From Blasia pusilla (taxonomy: Eukaryota): a stretch of DNA of 64,000 bases. The DNA lies in NCBI GenBank assembly GCA_050084515.1, contig CM114271.1, positions 31,868,001 to 31,932,000 on the forward strand. The letters are read 5' to 3'. Positions within the stretch are counted from its first letter, which is position 1. Each line of letters begins with the position of its first letter. Shown here one piece after another: positions 26,824 to 36,704 of the stretch. A program made the translations under genes and the position numbers. The notes beneath the pieces were generated by a model. It saw only the letters and a list, made by a program, of their open reading frames with translations, searched no databases and was not told the origin of the DNA.

Positions 26824-27745
26824 ATTCGAGTGTTAGATCTCTTTGGAGGGATTAGCACCGGGTTAGCTGTTGTTTTGCAGGCAGGAGTGCGAGTGCAGCG
26901 GTACTTGTATGTGGAGAGTGATGATGTTGCAAGGCGCGTCTCACTACGATATGTGGCGCAGTTACGCCTATGTTTTTCCAACTTATTGTTTGCGTCCGCG
27001 GTACAAGGGTACCAGAGTTCCCTACCGAGGGATATTTCATTGCTGGGGGCGCAAGACTGAGAGCGGGTAGGGACCATTGATTTGGTCATTTCCGGTTGGC
27101 CATGCCAAGGCCAATTGAGTGTTGGACAAGGCACTGGGTTGGCTGATACTCGGTCCAAGTTGTTTTGGGAGATGTTGAGGGTCTTACGGCAGTTGTAGGA
27201 GCACCAATCTCGTTCTCTAGCCTACATTCTGGAAAATTTGCCGATCTTAGGAGTCTCCAAGTCAAGGGTGGTGAGGTGCGTGCCTGGATCAACCCAGAAG
27301 TGTTTTTGGATGTGGCGAGTGTAGGTTCTAGAGCCCATCGCCCGCGTCTATGGTGGACCAACTTGGTGCCCCATGCGGTATTATAGAGGGCATATGCGAG
27401 AGTGGATCGCCCCTCCCATTCGTTAGTGGATTCCATTCTGGATCCATGTCATCGATCACAGGCAGTGAGGCACGATGATCGACCATCGTTGATTGTGGCC
27501 AACAGGGTAGGTAGGCCGCGGGCAGCCTTGCCCACGTTTGTGAGTTTTTCCGCTTCCTATGCATACAAGGAGGCCATTCCTGGCTTGGTTTGGGATGACC
27601 AGGTTCATCAGTTGGTAGAGCCCAATGCCGACGAGAGAGAGCGAGCGATGGGATTTCCCATAGGAGTGACGACAGTACCGTTAGTGTCAGAGGCATCATG
27701 ACGCCATGTCTTGGGTCAGGCGATGGACCTGAACTGCTTGACATG
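26824..27745 (+). pseudogene. DNMT3-like C5 cytosine DNA methyltransferase domain inside gypsy pol (copy 1; stops and a frameshift)
   Basis: Motif I IRVLDLFGGISTG; motif II YLYVESD; motif IV DLVISGWPCQG (CCATGC at 27100); motif VI YILENL; motif VIII AHRPRLWWTNL; motif IX ERERAMGFP; motif X RHVLGQAMD. Confidence 0.9.
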
Positions 27746-29860
27746 GATCCTCAGCTTAGGAGTGGCTGAGCAGCGCCGTATGAGGTCGCGATAGATCACA
27801 GCGGTTGCGTTGGTGAGCCCCATGCCTACCGGGACGATGGAGGCAATGGCTGGGGGCAAGACCGGAGGAGATCTACACACCAAGGGAGATTGGGAGAGAC
27901 ACCCTTGGACTTCTTGGGATGTTTTGCAGGTACGCCAAGAGATGATAGCCACAATATCGAGCGTAGTTCCGGGCACTGCACATGGAGGAGATCAGAGTTT
28001 GCAGTTGGCTGCAAGAGAGCGGCCGAGTGTTGTTGTTCGAGACGGGGTTGCACCATAGCAACCACCGATACCCGCGCCAGAGAGTCCTATCGTAGTCACG
28101 ATGGAGACTTGGGAGCCAGATATGGGCCCTAATTGACAGGAGGAGAGCAGCGCCGGATATATTAGTTCCTCAGGAAATACAGGAGCTGCTTTGAGTTTTG
28201 CATGGAGGATTTGGGTATGCTGAAGGGACCGGGGATCCGCAATGAGTTGTCGAGTGATACGCCGATGTTTCGATGACCCTACAAGTATAGTGAAATGGAG
28301 AGGGATTTGATTTAGAGTAGGAGCCAGGACTAGTGGAGATGTCGCATGGGGAGTACGCGTGTGCCACTATCATGCCCGCCAAGAAGGATGTGCATGGCAA
28401 CTGGACGCATAGGCGGATGTGTGGGGATTACCGACCTATCAATCGGCACACGAAGTCGGATAGGTATGCCATGCCCACCCTTGAGGAGATCTTTGAGGCA
28501 ATTGGTCACGCAAAGGTCTTCAGTTCATTGGATTTGCAAGCCGGATACCATCAGTTGCCTATCAGATTGGAGAACAAGCGAGAAGACGGCATTTTGGGAC
28601 ATCGATCCTCACTTGAAGGATTGTTTGTACTAGTGGCGGTTCTTACCATTTGGGTTAAAGAACACCCCAACTGAGTTTCAGAGGGTCACGGATAGGATCT
28701 TGGCTGGGCTGGATTTTACTAGGTGTTATATTGATGACATCGTAGTCTTTAGCGCCACGGTTGAGGAGCATGAGCAACATCTAGAGGAGATGATTTGACG
28801 ATTGTAATAATATGGGCTGAAGCTACATCCAGGCAAGTGAAAGTTCTTCTACGACCAGATTGAGTACTTGGGTCATACGATATACCCAGGGGGCCTTGGT
28901 GTTCAACAGACAAAGGTAGAGGCTATCTCACGCATTCCACGCCCTACACATGTGACTCGTGTTCGCGCATTCATGGGATTGGCACATTTCTATCGGCGGT
29001 ATGTCAAGGGATTCAATTCGATTGCGAAGCTGCTAACCTTGCTGACCAAGGTGGATCACGAGTGGCACTGGGAGGATGAGCAGAAGCGAGCATTTTAGTT
29101 GCTCAAGGGCAGATTGTCGTCCGCGCCCATCTTGAGGAGATCGATCAGGGGGCGTCCTTTCCAGTTGCACACAGATTAGAGCATGTTGGGACTTGGAGCG
29201 GTGCTCACCCAACATGATGATGAGGGTAGAGAGTTCGTGGTGACTTATGCTAGCCGCTCGAACAACGCTACAGAGGCAAAGTACAGCTCGCATGAGGGTC
29301 AGTGCTTGGTTGTAGTGTGGGCTGTTGCGCATTTTAGGTGTTACTTATTCGGCAACCCCTTTACCATCATCACTGATCATCAACCATTGAAGTGGTTGAT
29401 GGAGTCCGAGAATCATACAGGGAAGCTTGCGAGATGGGCTCTGTTGTTGAAGGAGTATGATTTTCACGTGGTGCATAGACCTGGGACACTCAATCAAGAT
29501 GTAGATGGGTTGAGTCGTAATCCATGCCCTAGTCACCGAGATGGGACTGGAGCTCGATGGTATGGAGAGAGTGATGAGGAGTCAGTGCCAGGATGGCATG
29601 CGTCAGCCTATTTAGGCATGTTGGCTATGGAGAGCTAGAGTGTGGAGACTTTGATGGCGAGGTCTAGTGGAGAGTCCTTGGATCCCGAGGCGAGTGAGGA
29701 GACGACATGTGGCCGAGATATTCATGATGATGGAGTAGTCTTGTAGTACCTTTGTACAGGTAGCGTTGCGAGACCCGTGGGTACTAGAGAGCGGGATCGG
29801 ATCCTACAGCGGGCCAGACGGTTCCGTTGCGAGGGGACATATGTTTTGAGGGTTTGGGAG

Positions 29861-32800
29861 GTAAATGGTAAATGGTAAATAGATCAAGCCCGTGGGACCC
29901 AAAGGGTCAAAAGGCTGAAAAACACATTACAAGTCATTCATTGACGACTGAAAAAAGATCCTTAAGACCTTCTCCTAGCTCTGACCTAGAGCACTTGAGC
30001 GATGAATGATGACGTCCCTAATATAACAACCTAAATCATAGGCACTAGCTGTAGTAAAGAATAGAAATTCTCCACATCTATTTTATGAGCTAGTCTTATT
30101 TCTCCATACCTTGGACATGTAACAAACATATGCTCTTCATCCTCAATATTTTCTCCGTCACATAACCTACAAATTCGTTCACTTCTATCAATTTTAAACC
30201 ATCGTCCTTCCTCAATTCCTAGCCTATGAGACCCAGTTCTATGACGTGCGATAATATATCGTAAGAACGTGGAGATCCTTGCAAGTAGGTATCCTTGTTC
30301 ACAATATACAAGCATAGGATTAACATGAAGTTGATAAAACTCCATTTTGGTGCCCGCACTGCTCCAAATGATGTTGAGAGATTGCTTCAGTAGATGCTCA
30401 CGGAGGGCCATCAGTTTCAAGTCCCAATCGCGTTCTGCCACATTCCACTTTGAAGACCAAGTCACCACATCCTCCATCCACCCTATGGAACGTGTGGCTC
30501 GCAAAGCTTGATGAGGGAGGCGAGAAACATCAAGAGATCTCACTCTTTACTTGATCAAGTGATGGTCAAGTAAAGAGCTTCAGCTTCTAGAGGAAGAAAA
30601 CCTGTTTCCGCAAGAAGAATAGCATACGGAGTTTGGTTTCTTACACCCAATTCTTCTTGTAGAAAGATCTTTTGCACTCTTTCCACGCGCTCCCAACCTG
30701 TCTTCTTACAACTAGGGCCCCAAACTTGGGTCCCATATAAGACCACCGGCAACACTAAGCTCCTAAATAAGAATTTCCTAAGACTCCAAGACACAAGATG
30801 AGCTCTTCTACACCGGTTTAAAAATGAATATAGAGCTTTGTAACCAGCTTCTACTCTCTTTTGCACGTAAAGTGCCCAACTATAGTCATGAGACAAATCA
30901 ATGCCTAGATGTTTGTAACTCTTCACTTGTTCTAATTGTAGACCTTTGTAAAAGAACGAGAACTTGGATCTAGTACCCACTATAATGACTTTAGACTTCT
31001 CCATATTAACCTCCATCTGATTGTGGGTACAAAACCTTGCCAAAGTGTCGAGGTGCTTTTGTAAACTAATGTCATCAGGTGCTAGTAATATGATATCATC
31101 TGCATACAATAGAGCTTTGATGACAAAGTCCCCAAGCTTGACCCCTTCACTATTACATTCCTCCAACCACTTTTCGATATCATCTATGAAAACTCCAAAG
31201 AGTGTAGGGGACAGAGGGCAACCTTGAATGACTCCAATGGTGCTCAAGATCTCTTGAGTTTGTGAACTTTGATCTTGGCCCGAACGGAATGGTATAACGT
31301 GGCCACGGCTGCTAGGAGATTTTGTGGAACTCCAATGGCCTTTCCCATAAGAGCTTGCGAGGTACAGTATCAAAAGCTTTCTTGAAATCGATGAAGCCGC
31401 AAAACAAAGCTTTTCCATTGCCCTTAGATTTCTCCCATAAAACACGCAAGGCCAAGATATGATCGATGGTGTTGTATGTTGGACGAAAACCAGCTTGGAC
31501 CCGTGCTCTCTTTTGGAAAGACTCTGTCCATGTGCTCAACTTCGACTCCACCAATTTCCCAAACAACTTGGCAAAAACACTACCCACCATGATAGTGCGA
31601 TAGTTTGTTACCAAGTCCTTCCTTCCTGATTTATGAATAGGGACAATCTCCGTAGCGACCAGGATGAAGGAAAACCATAGATAGCAGCATCACCCAATAA
31701 TTTGGTGAGGATCGGTCCAATACAATCTCCTCCCCACTTGAAAAGTTCAATAGAAAGACCATCCAAATCCTCACATTTACCATTCGCCAATCTTCTTAGT
31801 TGAGTCATCACCTCTCCTTCAGAGAATAAGCCACGTATTCCTTCACAACGTGGCATAGACGTAGCATCGGGGAAGAAATAGAGCTTTTCGGCAAAAGATA
31901 TCAAAGACTTGGGATCAAGAATAGGTTTTGAAGACCGTACTACTAACCGTCTCCAAAATGATTTGGGGTCCTCATGCACTCCTTGTCAAGGACTCTTGTT
32001 TTCGCCAAGCAAGAAAGCTCGTTTTTCGATTTCACCAAGTATTTGTAAAGGCTCGTCATAATAAGCCGACTTGGGATATCCAAAGATTTATCACTGCTCG
32101 TGCCCTTGCTTGCTTGCATTGAGTCAAACCACCCATTACAAGGCGACCTCCTAGCACTTCTATCCCTGTGGCGCGAAAAAGAACTTAAATGCACTTTGTT
32201 TTTGAGCAATTCCGTTAGTTGCATACTTGCCGTGTTTGGATCAGGGCTCCATACAATGCGAGTCAAGTGTTCTTGTAAATGTAGCATATAAAGATCTTTT
32301 TACCAGGATCTAAGCGAAACTTGGGAGAAGCTAAAATAGATTGACATGTCGAGAGAGGAATTTCCTTTGACAAAGTGAGAGAGTAAACAAGAGAGGTGCA
32401 TGATCCGATTCAGTGAGGTTCTAGAATATCAAATGTAGAGATAAGAGAGCTATCGTGAGGCGAGGGACAGAAGATAATCGATGGTGCTAGCGCCGGTAGA
32501 GGAGAAACACATATTGGAGTGAGAGTTGGGAAAATGAGAGGTTCCATTAAGAACTTTCAAATTACAAGTGGCTCCAAAGGTTAAAAAAATACTCTGTCAA
32601 AGGATTTGTAGAAAGATCTCAAGAGATTCTAGACCATAAACCATCCTCATATTCTTGAGAAGAGGAGAAATCAAGGAATCACTGAATTGGGTAAATTGAG
32701 CAAGATGCGTGTGCGAGCATTGAAATCTCCAACTAGAAAGACTTCACCTTTGCTTTGATATTTGAGAACATCCCCAATAAGTCGATGGAACGGTTGACTT

Positions 32801-34522
32801 CGATTGTGAGTGCGTGTTGAGTAGATAGGCATGGAGAGTGGTGTAAAATAACAAAGCGCCAAATAACAATAAGATCCCGAACCAAACCAAGACGTAGCCA
32901 ATGATATTGACCCCGATATCTTGATCTTCTAGATGAATGAGAGGTAGAAATTGAGACTGATGAAAGTAGCAATACCGCCATAACCCCTTCTGCCCGTTGC
33001 CTTCTCGATTCCATGTCGATCCTACCAAAGTAAACCCTTGCATCTCTGCAATAGTATTGCTCTCATGTTCCCAAGTCTCCACAATATTAATAATATCTGC
33101 CATCTCCCAAATTGGTAGAGCACTCACATACTTTGCTGTTGAAAGGCCTCGTATATTCCACATCAACACTCTCAGCTTCTTGGATTGCTAGGTTGATAAC
33201 TCTCTTTTTCTCTTGGTAACAATTGCTCGCCCATCTCGTAGATAAGCAATAAAACCTGCTTCTTGAGCCTCTTTGACCTTTGCAAGCTCCTTTCTCCTAG
33301 CTTCGACTTGTAGAGGTGTGAGATCAGGATCCAACCATATCCTCCGTCCTTTGAGAATGGCCTTGTTAGCCATGGCGAGATCACGTTGAGTTTGATCAAC
33401 AAACTTGACTACAATGGCACGAGGTTGTGTGCCCGTTTTCCCAATACGAAAAGCTTGAGCCAAGTCCGGGTTATGAACATGAAGTGTATCAACCAAGAAC
33501 TTAGTGACAACACTCTTCACCTCTTCGCTCTCTGTTTCCGGTAAACCTGAGATTCTCACATTCTTTCTACGGGCAAATTGGTTTTCTTTTTCTATCTCTT
33601 GCTCTTGTGAGAAAGAGATATGAGCAACCTTGTAGCTTCAAAGATAAGATTTCATTTTCACTTCTAAAGTTTCAACAACCTCATGCAATCCTAAACTATT
33701 GGGAGTAGTCACCAAGGATGATGCCTTCTCTTGAACATCCGCAACAGATTTGGAAAGATCCAGCATCACACTAGAACTATCTTTCAACACTTTCTTCAGA
33801 ACCTCTTGCGTTGCCTTCAACTCTCGGATTTGAATATGTGCATGGTTTAATTGAAAATTTTGTACCTTGAATTCTTGTCGAAGCTCTTTCACTTCATGCA
33901 AGACCACTTGCACTAGATTCAAGATTTCGTCTTGAGTGGTCATCCTGTAGTCGACTTCACTGCATCCCAGAAAGTATAATTGAATCTCCAACACCACACA
34001 ACTTCTGCTCTAGAAGTTGGTTGTACTTGAAATTTCTAGGATTAAGACGCCTCTAGAAATTTCACGTTGAGTCCAAATCTCAGCTTCATATGACACTCCA
34101 CCTCAAAGTTATGGCCTCAGCAAGATTCAGATCTGAAATGCTCAAATCTAGAAGTGCAGAAACTCAAATCTTTCACAACTTCGTATATATAACTCGGTTG
34201 TGCTTGCAAATCTGAGAGCTAGGGAGCCTCTTTATACTTCACGTTGCCTCCAAATCTTAGCTTCATATGACACTCCACGTCAACGTTATGGCCTCGGCAA
34301 GATTCAGATCTGAAATGCTCAAATCTAGAAGTGCAGAAACTCAAATCTCTCACAACTTCGTGTGTATAACTTGGTTGTGCTTGCAAATCTGAGAGCTAGG
34401 GAGCCTCTTTATACTCCACGTTTCCTCCAAATCTCAGCTTCATATGACACTCCACCTCAAAGTTATTGTCTCGGCAAGATTCAGATCTGAAATGCTCAAA
34501 TCTAGAAGTGCAGAAACTCAAA
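29861..34522 (-). mobile_element. Near full-length non-LTR retrotransposon (LINE, RTEX-like), inserted antisense in the gypsy integrase
   Basis: ORF1 ~33943-33188 has a coiled coil and RISGLPE...FRIGK...PRAIVVKF...IWLDPDLT (RRM/Tnp22-like). ORF2 has an APE endonuclease (WNIRGL, VETW, GDFNAR), RT (NYRTI, QAGFR, FIDFKKAFD, GVIQGCPLSPTLF, LLYADD) and a C-terminal CRLC...EDEEH...C finger. 3' tail (ATTTACC)n. Several frameshifts. LINE identity is firm; the clade name is tentative. Confidence 0.9.
34061..34522 (-). repeat. 177-bp tandem repeat (about 2.6 units) forming the LINE 5' UTR
   Basis: CTTCATATGACACTCCAC starts at 34084, 34261 and 34438 (period 177). Units are near identical. Confidence 0.92.
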
Positions 34523-35873
34523 AATGGCAGAGGATGCATAGTGCCACATCCTTCATAGAGAGCACGACTAGTGCAGCATGCCCATGAGGAGTTGGGTCAC
34601 TTTGGGATGAAGCGGATGTACAACTTGCTCTTGATGCAATATTGGTGGCGAGGCATGCAGATTGACGTTCAACATTTTGTTGCCAAGTGCATGGTGTGTG
34701 ATCGGGTTTGAGCATCGTTCAATGCTCTGACTCCACAGTTGCATCCATTAACGATCATGGGCATAGGGTATATATGAATTTTGGATTTTGTAGCACCTTT
34801 GCCTTTGACGGAGCGTCAGAGTCGTTATGTGTTGGTGATGGTCGAGACTTCTCATAGTGGATCGAGTTGGTTGCATTGCCTAACAAAGCGAGTGAGGGAG
34901 TAGCTTATGCCTTCCTTGACAGAGTGTTGAGTCATTATGGTGCACCGGCTGAGGTATTGACAAACGAGGGTACCGAGTTTCGTGGTGAGTTCCAAACCTT
35001 GTGTTATTAGGCGCTGATCGACCACCACACGACTTCGCGAGATCATCCTGAGACAGATGGATTAGCCGAGAGAGTTATGCAGACGGTGAAAAGGGGTTTA
35101 CGCAAATATGGCTTGAAGAGAGATCACCTAGGAGATTGGGACCTCCAGTTGCCGTGGTTGGCGATGGGATACAGATTCAGCAGGCAAGCATCCTTAGCGT
35201 CTTTTTCACCGTACTTGCTACTTTATGGCCGAGAGCCAGATTTACATGCGGCCATTCGTCGAGATGCTGAAGAGGTGTTGGACCTTGATGACCCAAATGT
35301 ATGGATGCGAGCATGTTCTCAAAGGGCTGAGTTGTTTCGGAGAGTGATGCCCATGGCGTTCGAGAACTTGGTGATTGTGCAGCATTGGGATACGTTGAGG
35401 TACGCGACTATTCGGGATGGTGGTTATCGACCAACTGTCCGGAGGTTTCATTAGGGAGGTTATGTGTACTTGCAGCAGACGACACCGACGACGTTGGATG
35501 TGACTGCAGGGCGCACTATCCTGAGAGTGCGTGACGTTTTTCCATCTGGTGTTCTCTTCCTGGAGGGACGCGATGGTATGGTATGGAAGGACCATGTGCG
35601 TAATTGTGCGCCATGTTACCTTCCTAACATTGATGGTACAATAGATCCGAGCTTAGTAGTAGTTCCTACAGGCTTTGGCGTTGTATGTTGTGTGGTTTTG
35701 CTCGTGGTGGATCTGCTCGTGGTGTGACATGGATGACAGGAAGGCGACTAACGATGGGGCCACATGAGCACGCGACCTTTCTGCTCTTAGCATCATAGAG
35801 ATGTATGTCGTGGTAGGTAGGGATAAATGACTATCAGGAGTAAGAGGGACCTTACCACCAACTAGGGGGCGAT

Positions 35874-36704
35874 TGTAGATATTTTGGTACTTCTCACCTC
35901 TATGTATGGATGCCATGAGTAAGCATGGGATCGTGTGTGTTCGATAACAACAATGTATGTTGTGTAGCGATGTGTATGCGCTCGACAACTGTCACGACTG
36001 TTATGATAGATCGGTGGGATCTAGCATAGCGTCTGCACGAGTAGTGGAGGACAGGCCCAAGAGGTCGAGGATGACTTGTTGAGGCCCCACGAAACCTGAG
36101 AGAGTAAGTTTCCCCTTCGTTTTGGCTCATTTGGAGCCATATATAGAGACTTACTATATCGGGTAAGTTTCCATATTGGAGATAGTTGACTTTCCACTTT
36201 GGGAAGTGGCGCTTGAGCTCTCAAGCTCTCTCTACTTGAGGTATACCCCCTTCCCTCTCCCAAGTCCTCTCAATGGTAACCTATGCTCGCAGGTCATCTC
36301 CTTGGCTCTTGGGAGATGACCTGCGAGCATAGAGAGGGTTACCGTCGAGAGGGCTTGGGAGAGGGAAGGGGGTATACCTCCCACAGAGAGAGCTTGAGAG
36401 CTCATTCTCTCTTTGTTGAACCTCTTGGCACAAGGCGGAGGAGCTATGGTCCCTTGCCTTGTGAGTGTAACCTAAGCCTCTCATTAGGAGAGTTGGTTTG
36501 GTTTGACATGAGAGAGAGTGCACACCTTTGAGAGCTATGGTGTGAGATGGTGTAGAGAGAGATTGGTTCTTACTTTATTGGAGATATTTTGGTACTTCTC
36601 GCCTCTGTGTATGGATGCCATGAGTTAGCATGGGATTGTGTGTGTTTGTGTGTGTGTTCGATGATAGCGATGTATGTTGTGTAGGGATGTGTATGCGCAC
36701 GACA
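35874..36704 (+). repeat. 3' terminal block B1 (35874-35987) - AC - A2 (35990-36577) - B2 (36578-36704)
   Basis: B1 and B2 both read AGATATTTTGGTACTTCTC...GATGTGTATGCGC(T/A)CGACA. A2 matches A1. Confidence 0.9.

Larger units (their letters stand above)
23431..36704 (+). mobile_element. Full-extent Ty3/gypsy retrotransposon with DNMT3-like domain and split direct repeats; degenerate; carries a LINE insertion
   Basis: 4-bp TSD TAGC (23427-23430 / 36705-36708). Termini TATTACG (decayed TGTCACG) and CACGACA. Order: gag N-terminal relic ~25785-26010, protease (RVLLDSRAQP) ~26030-26460, MTase ~26824-27745, RT (RMCGDYRPIN, YIDD ~28728), RNase H (LGLGAVL, TDHQPLKWL), integrase split by the LINE (~29700-29860 and 34523-35640), PPT-like AGGGGGCGA at ~35864. 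Confidence 0.92.

Noticed and set aside
29861-29880. Telomeric repeat
   Set aside because: The unit is GGTAAAT/ATTTACC, not TTTAGGG, and it occurs only as the LINE 3' tail (also at 58412).
34061-34522. CRISPR array or centromeric satellite
   Set aside because: Contiguous units with no unique spacers, fewer than three copies, and bounded by the LINE.
23431-36704. DIRS/Ngaro tyrosine-recombinase element, suggested by the split repeats and MTase
   Set aside because: The element has an aspartic protease, a DDE integrase, TG..CA ends and a 4-bp TSD. No YR motifs were seen, and the MTase is C5 type rather than the Dam-like domain of some DIRS elements.
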